Source: the human T2T-CHM13v2.0 reference genome, Homo sapiens
Assembly: GCF_009914755.1 (NCBI RefSeq)
Contig: NC_060930.1
DNA: 64,000 nt
Reading direction: 5' to 3' (one strand)
In this document: positions 19,701 through 32,519 of the stretch, piece by piece
Layout: each line of letters opens with the position of its first letter
Numbering within the stretch: the stretch's first letter is position 1
The notes under the pieces: model-generated
What the model was told of the DNA's origin: nothing
What the model saw: the letters and a program-made list of their open reading frames with translations, nothing else
Database searches by the model: none
Made by a program: the position numbers and the translations under genes

Positions 19701-20310
19701 AAAAGTAATGGGAGAAGTAATAGAAAAACTGTTATGGCTGCATCACATAGTAACTCAGAAGTCCATGGCTGTGAGTGAGAAGGGTCCATAAGCATTTTTG
19801 TGAGATAAGGTAGTGAAGGTCACAGTGAGATCCAAGATGGACTCATGTCTGTTAGTTCATGACAGAGCTGCTCCTAAGAATAACCAGCTTTTCTTAGAGT
19901 CATATCAGTCCAATTGGTAATTTCTTACAGAGCATTGATAGAACTTCATGTTCTATAGATGAGATAATTTGATGTCTGATTTTCTTCGTTTACAGCTCAA
20001 ATTTGGGGTTGACATCATGTCAACAACCAAAATCAGAAATGAATATGAACACGAATAACTTCAACATCACAGCTATTGATATCTTCAATAATTTTGCTAA
20101 GTCATTAACTTTCTAAAATTCAAATTAACATTCAGAAAAGCTCTCATACTCTTTATTATATTGTGCATTATTATTATGTTTTAATATGAGGATAAAGATT
20201 GACTAATAGTCAGTGCTCAAAATGAAAACCTTTGCTTGAAGTGTGAACATACTTTTGAGGAGATTAATAAATCCTTTCTTTTATGTTCACCCTAAAGTAT
20301 GTTTTAGTAT

Positions 20311-20754
20311 GATTTATTTATTTATTTTTAGGTTTAGGGGTACATGGGAAGGTTTGTTATATAAGTAAATTTGTGTTACAAGGGTTTGTGTTTCAGATTA
20401 TTTTGTCACCCAAGTACAAAACCCAGTACCCAGTAGTTACATTTTTCTGATCCTATCACTCCTCCCACCCTTTACACTTAGGTAGGCCCCAGTGTCTGTT
20501 GTTCCCCTCTTTATGTGCTTGAGTTATTGTTATTTAGCTCCCAGTTATAAGTGAGAACATGTGGTATTTGGTTTGCTCTTCCTATGTTACTTTGCTGAGG
20601 ATAATAGCCTCCAGCAGCATCCATTTTCCTGCAAAAGACGTGATCTCATTCTTTATTATGGCTGCATAGTATTCCATCATGTATATGTACCACATTTTCT
20701 TTATCCCATCAGTCATTGATGGGCATTTAGATTGATTCCATGTCTTTTATTGTG
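20311..20754 (-). mobile_element. L1PA13-16-like 3' end
   Basis: (TTTA)n tail then 'ggggtacatg...gtttgttatataagtaaat...agtgagaacatgtggtatttgg...ggctgcatagtattccat'. Confidence 0.88.
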
Positions 20755-20934
20755 CATTATTATTAAAACTAAATCCTTCCTTGTTAGATATATATTTACT
20801 GTGAATGGATTTTTAAAAATGTGCCCTCCACAGACCATTTTCCAAAACATATTAAAAATCTCCCATAACAAAAATGTCTGTATAATTTTCAGTACTTCTA
20901 AATATTGACTTTAAATTACAATAAAAAGTTGCCT

Positions 20935-21008
20935 TATCTATCTATCTATCTATCTACCTATTTATCTATCTATCTATTATCTATCCATCTGCCTATCATC
21001 CATCATCT
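20935..21008. repeat. Imperfect (TATC)n/(CATC)n microsatellite
   Basis: Directly visible. Confidence 0.9.
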
Positions 21009-23452
21009 GCCAAAGTTAGGCATGTTTTCCAATATATATTTGATTAAAGAGCATTATTAAGCTCACCTTCAGTAATTTAGATGCTTAAAGTTCCAGGGGA
21101 TAGAATAAATAAAATTTAACTTATTTGGCATAAGTTATAGTAAGATTAACAAATATTACACTGATTTGTACCTAAAACATAGTGCTTGCAAAACAGAATT
21201 ATTAAACAATATATCATATTTAATGGTTTGTGAGAGATCTGATAACCACAGGGAAAACAAAAGTTTGTTTGAGGGCTCAGTTAGAATGAAGTAAATTGAT
21301 CTGTGTGCATAATATAATGGTAAGTATGTACAGTTTATAGTTTTTACGAGAATGATACTGGCCTATGTCAATTATATTGGTTTCTAGTGAAATAAAAATA
21401 GGCTTGAGGTTAAATTGTAATGAATTCATCTATTGTGATATTTTCATTTCTTTGAAATACGCAAATACAAAGCTCAATAATTAGTCAGGTTCATCTTTAT
21501 TAAAGAAATTCCAAGTGAAAAAAATTAAAAATTGTTCTTTTAGTTTTACCCTTTTCTCTAAAAAATACACAATATCTATAAAGGAATGAAGCTTATATTC
21601 ATCTGGCATATACTTGATTTTTCTTTCTCTGTCATTCACGGTTATACCAAGGGTGAAATTTGCTCCTGGCCATTGGAAATAATAGAAAAAAAAATGCAAA
21701 AAAAAGGTCACACCAAATTTTTTATCTCATGTTCTTCTTACAGAGAATCTTTTATGTTAATGTCTTTTTACTTCTGGAAAGTGTGTGAAGGGTGCACAGT
21801 TTATGGAGAAAACATTTCACGGGGTTAAAATAACTACTCTTTCAATAGAAAAAGTCTGTAATCTCCTGAAGAGCTCATGGGAGAAATAAGAGTGTGGTGT
21901 TTTCTTTCCTTTCTTGATACAGCTGCACATTCACCACTGCCATGGCATAAAGCTAGGTGGGAGAAAATAATCAAATGCATTATTTCTCCCTCTCCGTACT
22001 CATTTCCAAAAGGGCTGTGGCAGAGGGTGGAATTGTTTATTCTGATTACTTTCATTTAGTTATTTTTCTGAGCTAACACAATTCATTTAAACCAATATAA
22101 TATATTTACATAAACTAATAAATCACATATGTTATCTACAGAAAGAATATTTCTGAAATATATGAAACTGGAAGTTTCATAATGGAACACTTAATTATTT
22201 TCAAAAAGTATAAATAATGTTTGTATATCTAAAGCCCCTACAATTTTTTAGCCAGCTCATATTTATACAGATTGAATACTTATTTTATCTTAACATTATT
22301 AAAAGAATTCAAGAGATATTGCTTTCTCTGTCGACAATTCTGGCTCAAAGGCAACTAGCTTGAAAACAGAATTAAAGAAAAATTAGTAATATGGCCATAG
22401 ATTTTATAACCACTAATCCAGAAAATATTTGTTGAAGATGTTGATAACGGAAGCTATGCTCAATCTGTGAACATAAAGAATCTATTATAACTAACACTAA
22501 TTTTGCACTGAAAAATAATATGGGCAGACACAATTCCAAGTGCATTTTACTGCAATGATTGTTCTACTGTATCTCACAACAGCATTTTGGCACTGGTAAA
22601 CTTTTATAGATAGACAGAGAAATACTCATAGAATGTTTTTTGTAGATAAGTAGGAAAATAGTCACAGAGGGGTAAAATAACTTGTCTAATGCTATGAGCT
22701 ATGAGTGCCAAACCTACAATTTTCAGTGCATTATGCATGAAGAAAAAATAATAAGGGTAATATTTCCAATATTAAGACTAAAAAGAAGGTTTTTAATAAA
22801 TGTTTCTTCTCTTCAGTGTTTCTGATGCAATGGTCTTAAAATAACACAGGTTCCCTGAAAATGATATTACTATGCATAATCTATTTTTTATTTTGCTCTT
22901 GTAATTATTCTTAACCTAAAATAAAAATGCAGAATTTATAAGTTTGGTTCTCATGTTTATTGGACATTTTGGGATGTGTGTGTGGCTGTGTGTGTGGCAC
23001 ATATTATTAAGGAGACAAGTGGTTTCCATGTGTATTTACATACACATACACTATTTTTAACACATAATTTTTATGTATATGTATTTATATACACATATAC
23101 ATATATACAAAATACATCCACATATACAAAATTTTGTGTATGTATATATACATAAACATATATACAGATTTATTCAACTGCTTCCATTGAGAAGTCTCCT
23201 GTAAAATAGAAGAACGGCAACATATATATTCATTCATATGTGTATATAGATAGAGATACAGAAATCTTAATGTCCTTGGTCTTTGACAAAACCTGTAAAG
23301 AATGACAATATATTTCTTTGGATAATTTATGACAGGTGGGATTTATGACAGTTGGATTTTCCCATTCTCAGTCTCTCACATCAAAATTCTAATACTCGGA
23401 CATAAAGGTGTTTTATGTTGCAAAGTTTTACTCTCCTCTCCAAGTGCGCATG

Positions 23453-23484
23453 CACACACACACACACACACACACATACACACA
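23453..23484. repeat. (CA)n microsatellite
   Basis: Directly visible. Confidence 0.95.
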
Positions 23485-23604
23485 GCAACTTAACATACTT
23501 AGTTTAAAAGAGAAATAACTATGGCTTTGTTATGCTTGAAGTAAGCTTATTACCTATGTCTTCATACCTAAACATGGCTACAACTAATGTTGGCAAGATT
23601 GCTT

Positions 23605-23835
23605 GTAGTCAATGGCATGTAGAGGCTAATAGCAAACTCTGGAGTCAAATGAGTCTAGTTATGAATCCCAGCTTTCTATTAGCTAGAGTTACTTATCCTC
23701 TCTGCATATATTTTCTCATTTTTTTTCACGAGAACATTGAGTTATTTTAAGGCTTAAATCACGTAATGTAAGAAAAACGTTAAGCAGGTTGCCTAGCACA
23801 TAATGAGGGCTCAGTAAATGTTAGTGATTATTACT
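23605..23835 (+). mobile_element. MIR, near full length
   Basis: 'ctctggagtcaaatgagtctagttatgaatcccagct...ttttctcatt...gcctagcacataatgagggctcagtaaatgttag'. Confidence 0.75.
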
Positions 23836-26506
23836 TTTATTGAGAGTACAAAACAACCTTGCTAATGTCGTTGTAGATCCTTAATAGCTAAAGAGAAATA
23901 CAGTTGATCAGGTGGTTCTGAGGATCAAATGAAACAGATACATATAAAATATTTCACTCAGGATTTGGCACATTTATGAATCCTTTTTCTCTACCTTGCC
24001 TTTAATCTCCAGCTAAGGCAGAATACAGAATAGTGTTTTACTATGTCCAAATTTTGGAGAAAAATAAACATATTATTTTAATTGCAATCATTTCACAGTT
24101 GGTATCATAACTGATGTCACAAAATAATGGAAAAAATATTCCTATTCTGATTTTACATATTGCCTGGATTCAACAAGGGATCACTAAATGATTTTCATGG
24201 GTCATTTTATAATGCAAAGAGAAGCATAAAAGTATTTTAACTCTTTTTAAACCAAAGTTGAGTTGGCATGATTTTCATTCTTGTTTATTGCAGTTTCAAA
24301 TATTTATTCTATATCGCAGTAGCAGTTATATGTAAATTCATTTGTACTGCCATTGGTGTCTTATTTAAATCAGCCGTTACTACTGTGGGCTTAGAAATTC
24401 TGTCCTTTTGAGCTTAATTCTTTATCCTGCAAACACTTCGGATTTCAAAACCTGGCAAATTCCCTGAGGAGAAAATTGTTCCTTGTGCTTGTGGCAGGAC
24501 TCCTTTTGGTAGCACTTCGTCTTCTACTTGTTGAGACTGCAATATATTCCCTTCTGATTTCCTGTCCAGCCCACAGTCTCCTGAAGCTCCATAAATGTCA
24601 GTGCTGCCTTGTAGTAAAAACCAGCTGTGTGTGGAGAATCTTGTCGCTTTCAACCTGCAACACAAGCTCCGTCTGGCCCCACAAACTCTGGTGGTTTCTT
24701 TTTCCCCAGTTAAGTGCCTCTGCATCAACCATACCTGATCTTCAGCCCATGCTCAGACGCAGCCAAATACTAAACGGAGGGAATAGCCTGTAATCATGGA
24801 TCAACTAAGAAGGACTCTTTACAGAAATTATTTCTAGTCTCAATCACTTCTAGTTTCCTGCTGTCTGTAACAATATTGTTTTTGGTTTATTTTCTCTTCC
24901 TAGTTTTTGAAGGAAGAGTAGTAACCTACCCTGTACTACTACATTCTACCCTGAATTAGAAGTATTTTATCAATTTCAAAAAATGTTTGTAACATTATAT
25001 ATTAAAATTAAATGATTATTTACTTTTATAATTGTTTTTCTGAGGAAAAAATCTACCATATTAATGTTTCATAAGTTTAAATCAAGGTTCCAAGAGGAGT
25101 CAAGATTTGTGATTTTGATCTTATTTAGAATATTTTATTTTTTCCTTTTGAAATAAATTAGTTGATAATGTACTAGAAACATGATAACCTGAGTTTCTTC
25201 AAATGAAAGCTAAATGCTATAGAAAACAATCATGCTTAAAAATATAATTATTTTAAATAAGATCTAAATAGACTCTTTTTAACTTTATTATTATAGTTAA
25301 AAAACTAAAAGTCCTTTCAGCTTGTGGACTTTTAATATGTGGGCAGAATAGTGTTTTACTATATTCAAGTTATTTTTAATATGTGGACTTGACATTAAAG
25401 GTATGACAAAACACCTTTAAAGAACAATTAATTATGACGATTTAATAAAAGTGGTCAGCATTGAAAAAATACTGCTATATTCTACATTTTATAGTTCAGA
25501 TCTGGGAAAGTGTAAATCTTATTAACCCTCTAAATACACATTTATTATTCCTTTATTCTATTCATGTTCGAATTTCAAGAACAGAGTAATCTCTGTTCAT
25601 TTATTTTGTATACAACAACATAGTGTTAAACTCCACTTGCAATCCTTCAACTATATTTTCTTCATTGTCATCCCTACAGGAAGAATGAAACACACAATAG
25701 TATCTTAGACTTAAAGGGTTATATATTTTCAGGCCTGTTTCTTCCACTTCTATCTTTGCATATGAAATATAAGTTAAGTTTTATAGATTTATACAAACTC
25801 CTTATCCCTTGTGGAATAAGTTAAATTCTGTTCATGCATTCTAATGTTCTACCTTATTTTCACTTTGATTCAAAAAAAATATAAATATGATTTACAAGTG
25901 GAAAAAATTGTGCTTAATGAAAGCTTCAAAATTTAGACTCTTTCTGGCACAAGATAGTATTCTATGCTATTGGAAGAAAATAAACTGGATACAATATCAA
26001 AGAATCAGAAAGATTAGTAAAATCTCTCTAACAGTAATAAAAGCATGAATAGTAAGAACCTTAAGATTTTCAAGCTAAAATTGGATCCTTAGTATTTTCT
26101 GCTAGATGGCTGCTTCTAGCAAAGGTGGATTCCCCCAAGAATGTCATTGTGTAACATTTTTGTAATAAAATTAAATTTTAAAGTATTTTTAAAAATAGAA
26201 AACTAACTTGTCTTTCTGTAGTAATCTATTGTAATTTTACCAGCTATAAGTTTTTGCTAAAGTTCCTTTAAAAATTATGTATTTTTGGTGGTTGTAAATT
26301 ATTTAGATAGGGTTGAAGAACGACATTTTGTTAAGTACATCAAACAAAAAGTAATGACTGACCACCTTAAAACAATCAAATAAAACTCAAATTTCCTTTA
26401 TAACAATTATTTTTAACTAAAAGTCATATGTCTCAAAATCACTCTTTACCAAATATTATTCAATGTAGTTCGTTTTCTCTTACCTTTCTAACTCCTCTTT
26501 TTTGTA

Positions 26507-27732
26507 CAGGCATAACTCATTTGATTGTTCTCTGCATAACTGTGCTGTTCAGATACTGTGTTTTTTACAAATTGAAGGTTTGTGGCAACACTGCATCAAA
26601 TAAGTCTATCAGCAACATTTTTTCCAACAGCATTTGATCACTTAGGATCTCTGTGTCACATTTTGGTAATTTTAATAATAATTAAAACTTTTTCAATATT
26701 ATATTTGTTATGGTGATCAGTGATAAGTGATCTTTGACGTAACTATTTTAATTGTTTTGTGATCCCACAAAGGGTGTCCATAAACTTGGTGATCTTAATG
26801 AATAAATATCATTTGTGTCCTGACTGATCTACTGCCTGGCCATCCCTGTATTTAAGACTGCCTCTCTTTAGGTCTCCATATTCCCTGAGACACAACAATA
26901 TTTAAATTAGGTCTAGCAATAACCCTACAATGGTTTCTAAGTGTTCAAATAAAAATAAAAGTTAAAATAAAAGAAACGCCGTCTCTACTAAAAATACAAA
27001 AATTAGCCGGGCGTGGTGGCAGGTTCCTGTAATCCCAGCTACTCAAAAGGCTGAGGCAGGAGAATCGCTTGAACTTGACAGGTGGAGGTTGCAGTGAGCC
27101 AAGATCACACCACTGCACACTAGCCTGGGACAGAATGAGACTGTCTCAAAAAAAAAAAAAAAAAAAAAGAAATAAAAAGTAGCAGAGGTTAGTTTAAGTG
27201 AGGTTCAAAGAAAGAGCCATCTCCATAACATAATAGTGCAAGGTGAAGCAGAACGTGCTCATGTAGAAGCTGCAGCAAGTGCTGATCAAGTAGTGTAAAG
27301 GGAATTGAAAGGATGTGGGTAGAACTCTGGCAGCATCTGCTATAAACTTTAATATTATTATCAGAGTGTGTGTATGTATGTGAGTGTGCAAAAAAGCCAT
27401 CAATACTTCTTGGTCTTGACATGGAGAGGGTTTAGGAAAGACAACAGATAATCTCAACATGATCAAATAAGGTATTAGCAGAATATATAGTTAAGAACAT
27501 TGATGAAAGACTCAGATAGATGTTAACACTTTTTAGCAATAAACCATTTTCTAGAAAAAGTATGTACTTTTTTCAGAAAAATGCTATTGAACAGTTAATA
27601 GACTACATTATAGTATTACCATATTTTTATATGCACCAGGAAACCAAAAAAATTGTGTGACTTGCTTTATCGCAATATTTGCTTTATTATGGTAATTGAA
27701 ACTGAATCTACAATATCTGAAAGGTATGGCTG
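26507..27732 (+). mobile_element. Tigger1 (TcMar-Tigger) internal-deletion derivative with both ends and TA TSD
   Basis: ta|caggcataactc...tttacaaattgaaggtttgtggcaac at left; ...gaaaccaaaaaaattgtgtgacttgctttat...aggtatggctg|ta at right; transposase piece 'agcagaggtt...ctccataacataatagtgcaaggtgaagca'. Confidence 0.9.
26973..27169 (+). mobile_element. 5'-truncated AluS inside Tigger1
   Basis: Starts at 'gaaacgccgtctctactaaaaatacaaa'; right arm and A tail. Confidence 0.92.
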
Positions 27733-27998
27733 TAATTTGTGGAAGATCTATCAGGCAACCATGGAGATTACATTTGGCAGATTGTTGAAAAAATCTACCT
27801 TTGGTCCTGAGGACTCTAACCCTGTATTACTTACCTCTGACTTATTATGTTAGATAATTAATTATCTTAATTAAACCTTAATTTGAACTGATACAGAATA
27901 ACAGACCCTGAAGTGTTGATGTAACCAGTAGAGGAAGCAGGGCAGTGAGGAACCCTCCACTCAAAGCTGGATAAAATTTGTTATGTACTCTCAAATGT

Positions 27999-30316
27999 TG
28001 TAGTAGTTTGTTCTCACACTGCTATAAGGACATACCTGAGACTGGGCAATTTATAAAGGAAAGAGGTTTAGTTGACTCACAGTTCTACATGGCTGGGGAG
28101 GCCTCACAGTCATAGCTGAAGGCAAATGATGAGCAAAGTCGTGTCTTACATGGTGGCAGGCAAGATAACTGCGTAGCGGAACTCCCCTTCATAAAACCAT
28201 CAGATCTTGTGAGACCTACTCACAATCAGGAGAACAGCATGGTAAAGAACCAACCCCAATGATTCAATTACCTCCAACCAAGTACCTCCCATGACAAGTG
28301 GGAATTATGGGAGCTACAATTCAAGATGAGATTTGGGTAGGAACACAGCCAAACCATATCATTCTGCCTCTGGCCCCTCTCAAATCTCATGTCATCACAT
28401 TTTAAAACCAATCATGGCTTCCCAACAATCCCCCAGACTTTTAACTCATTTCAGCATTAACTCAAACATCCACAGTCCAAAGTCTCATCTGAAACAAGGC
28501 AAGTACCTTCCATCTAAGAGCATGTAAAATCAAAAGCAAATTAGTTACTTACTTTCTAGATACAATGGAGGTATAGGCATCAGGTAAGTACACCCATTCC
28601 AAATGGGAGAAAATGGCCAAAACCAAGGGGTTACAGGCACCATGCAAGTCTGAAATCCAATAGAGCAGTCATTAAATCTTAAAGTCCCAAAATGATCTCT
28701 TTTGACTCCATGTCTCACATCCAGGTCACATTGATGCAAGAGGTGGGCTCCCATGCTCTTGGGCAGCTCCTCCCCTGTGGCTTTGTTGGGTACAGCTCCC
28801 CTCTTGGCTGCTTTCATGTGTTGGCATTGAATGTCTGCACTTTTCCAGGTGCCCGGTCCAAGACATTGGTGGATCTACCATTCTGGGTTCTGGGGGAGGG
28901 TGGCTTTCTTCTTACAGCTCCACTAGGCAGTGTCACAATAATAACTCTGTGTAGGGGCTCCAACCCAACATTTTCCTTCTGCACTGCCCTAGCAGAGATT
29001 CTCCATGAGGGCCCGACCCCTGTAGCACACCACTGCCTGGACATCCAGGTAGCAGAAATGTAGTCAGAGGTTCTCAAACCTCAATTCTTGACTTCTGTGC
29101 ACCCACAGGCCCAACACCATGTGTAAGCTGCCAAGGCTTGGGGCTTGCACCATTTGAAGCAATGGCCTGAGCTCTACATTGGCCCCATTTAGCCATGGCT
29201 AGGACAAAGAGCACCAAGTCCCAAGACTGCACAAAGCATCAGGCCATGGGTCTGGCCCATGAAACCATTTTTTCCTCCTAGGCCTCCTGGCTTATGATGG
29301 AAGGGGCTGCCAAGAAAATCTCGTACATGCCCTGGGGCATTTTCTCCATTGTCTTGGTGATTAACGTTTGGCTCCTCATTACTTATGCATATTTCTGCAG
29401 CAGGCTTAAATTTCTTCTCAGAAAATGAGCATTTTTTTTTCTATTGCATCATTGGGTGGCAAATTTTCCAAACTTCTATGCTCTGCTTCCCCTTTAAACA
29501 TAAGTTCCAATTCCTAACCATATCTTTGTAAATCATAAAACTGAATGCTTTTAGCTGTACCCAATTCACCTCTTGAACACTTTGTCCTTTGGAATTTCTT
29601 CCTCCAGATGCCCTAAATCATCTCTCTTAAGTTAAAAGTTCACAAATCTCTAGGGCAGTTGCAAAATGCCATGAATCTCTCTGCTAAAACATAGCAAGAG
29701 TCACCTTTGGTCCAGTTGTCAACAAGTTCCTCATCTCCATCTGAGACCACCTCAACCTGGAATTTATTGTGCATATCACTATCAGCATTTTGGTTAAAGC
29801 CATTCAGCAAGTCTCTAGAAAGTCCCACACTTACCCACATCGTCTTTTTCAGACCCCTCCAAACTGTTCCAACCTCTGCCTGTTACCCAGTTCCAAAGTT
29901 ACTTCCACATTTTGGGGTATCTTTACCACAGCACCCCATTTCACCCATACCAATTTACCATCTTTTCTCATGCTGCTCACAAAGACATACCCGAAACTTG
30001 GTAATTTATAAAGAAAAGAGGTTTAATTGACTCACAGTTTCACATGGCTGGGGAGGCCTCACAATCCTGGCTGAAGGTGAAAGAGAAGCAAAGTCACATC
30101 TTACATGGTGGCAGGCAAGAGAGCTTGTGTAGGGGAACTCCCCTTTATAAAACCATCAGATCTAGTGAGGCTTATTCACTATCATGGGAACAGCATGGGA
30201 AAGATACACCCCCATGATTCGATTACCCACCACCAGGTCCTTCCCCTAAAAGATGGGAATTATGGGAGCTACAATTCAAGATGAGATTTCGGTGGGGACA
30301 CAGCCAAACCATATCA
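27999..30316 (-). mobile_element. Complete THE1B-like MaLR provirus (LTR 27999-28361, internal, LTR about 29959-30316)
   Basis: Two LTRs ending 'cagccaaaccatatca' with 'gggaattatgggagctacaattcaagatgag'; about 1.6 kb THE1-int between them. Confidence 0.92.
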
Positions 30317-31075
30317 ATTATACATTTAAACTGCCATGTAACTTGGGACCCACAATGTATATTCACAAATGTTTTAATATGAAATGAAATGGTAGGAAAA
30401 ATCGAGAATATTAACTTGTATAGGCTTTTGGGAAAGTCATACAAGGAGGGAGGAATATGGTTAAAATTCACTAGTAGTTGATCTAAAAATAGAAAAAGTA
30501 TATCTGGCCTTGAATAATCAGAATTCTCTGAAAACAGTCGTCAATAAACAGACATAGCTGCTGTCTTCTGGGGTGAAAGCACAGCAGGGCCAGTGTGCAC
30601 AGAGATAGTAAAGGGATTTGAGAGGATGTGGGTAGAACTTGGTAAAATCTACATAATCTTTATTTTTAGAAGATGGTGTGAATGTGTGTATGTGAATGTG
30701 TGTGTGCATATGAAAAGATCATAAATACTTCCTTTCTCGAAAATGAAAGGGGTTTATGAAAGACATCAGATCATTCTGACATGATCAAATAAGGCATTAC
30801 AAATCAGAGATGAAAAAAACATTCTGGATGCACCTGGGAATGATCGCAAAGATGTTCAATGATTATTTGCTGAATAAACTCATGAATGAAGAATAATTAG
30901 GCACTTACTTTATCATCCTAGTCAGCTTTAACTCTACTGGAGGCAAGAATACTGCATCCCTCATGGGTGTGATCTGTTGCAATGCACTTTCTGCTGTTAG
31001 AATGCTTTGCACATAGTTACAAAATATGCTAAAGCTCTTTTTACCTAAAACCTAACTATGATCATCAAATTCCCC

Positions 31076-31510
31076 TGTTATAGTCCATTTATTGTTGCTA
31101 TAATAATGTCTGAAACTAAACAAGTTATCAAGGAAAAATAATTTATTTCTTACAGTTATGGAGGCTGGAAATCACAAGATTGATAAGGCACATTCAGTGA
31201 GAGCCTTCTTGCTGGTGGGGTCTCTCTGCAGTTTCCTGAGGCAGTGCAGGGTATCACAAGGCATGGGGCTGAGTATGCTAATGTGCTAGTTCAGCTCTCT
31301 CATCCTCTTCTTATTAAACTATCAGTTTCCTTCCCATGGTAACCCATTCATTCATTAACCCTTCATCCATTCATTCATGAATGGATTAATTCATTAAAGA
31401 AGGCAGAGCCTTTGTGATTCAAACACTTCTTAAAGGTCCTCCTCACAATACTGCCACATGAGAGACCCAATTTTAACAGGTGTTTTGGAGGGGATATTCA
31501 AACCAAGGTA
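31076..31510 (-). mobile_element. MSTC/MSTD-like MaLR solo LTR
   Basis: 'atttatttcttacagttatggaggctgg...gagccttcttgctgg...atggattaattcatt...ttttggaggggatattcaaacca'. Confidence 0.7.
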
Positions 31511-32325
31511 TCCTCCTAGATCTTTTTGCCTTAATTGTGATTCAGAAATCTGTAATTATTAAAGTGCCTAAAGACAAAAGGGGAGAACAGAATCAATTAT
31601 TATCAGTAAAATAGCCTCTTCTGAGCCTGTTTGCATGGACATCCTCTTACTTTTCTATACTCAGCTGAGTGCAAAATGATATCTTGGTGTCACAGGAGGA
31701 AGGGAGATAATTAAAAATAAACCACTGTTACCGCCTTCATGCTTCTCATAAATTGTATTGTTTTTATCTTGTCATGATAAACAAGGGTAAATAAACATAG
31801 ATGACTTTAGCAGTTTTGCATGCAATAAACTCAATGCAGTTTAAAGTTGAGCAGGTAATGTTTTTACAGAAGTTTGATTTATTATATAGAAAATGTATCT
31901 TTGCTTTTGTAGAAGCTGCAGCTACCATCAACTAATCAATGTATGTGATTAAGAACAGTTCTGTTTTCTAAAATTATAACAATTTGAAGAATTGGAAATC
32001 AATCTAGTAAGGCAATGAAAATGATAAATGAATAAATGAGTATCTGAGTGATTAAAAATAGCATTATACTTTCTCCACAAGACATTTACATAAAGATGTT
32101 CATTAAACTATCAAACCAAAATAGAACATTAAATAGAATAAATTAAATTTACATATTAAGGTAAGAAGTAATTTTTGTTTTTTAATAACATTGTAATTTT
32201 GTACTCAATATAATATGGTTATAAAATTCTATTTTTTTTTAAGTGTAAGTCTCTGACAGTTTTTGGTTAAAATTTGATATTTCTCCCAATATGTCTTATA
32301 AAATTAGTCAGATCTAGAGACTATA

Positions 32326-32519
32326 GGCTGGTAGTGAAGGCTAATGTCTGTAATCCCAGGGCTTTGAGAGGTCAAGGTGGGAAGATCGCTTGAGCTCAGG
32401 AGTTAGAGGCTGCAGTGAGTTATGATCACTATGATCACTTCAGTCTGGGTGACAGACTGAGACTCTGTCTCTTAAAATAAATAAATAAATAAATAAATAC
32501 ATAAATACATAAATAAAAA
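32326..32519 (+). mobile_element. Monomeric Alu (FRAM or recombined AluJ) with (TAAA)n tail
   Basis: Left-arm start 'tgtaatcccagggctttgagagg' joined to right-arm end 'aggctgcagtgagttatgatc...gactctgtctc'. Confidence 0.8.

Noticed and set aside
24140-24210. Possible CR1/L3 RT remnant ('tgcctggattcaacaaggga')
   Set aside because: Similarity too short and degenerate to support by eye.
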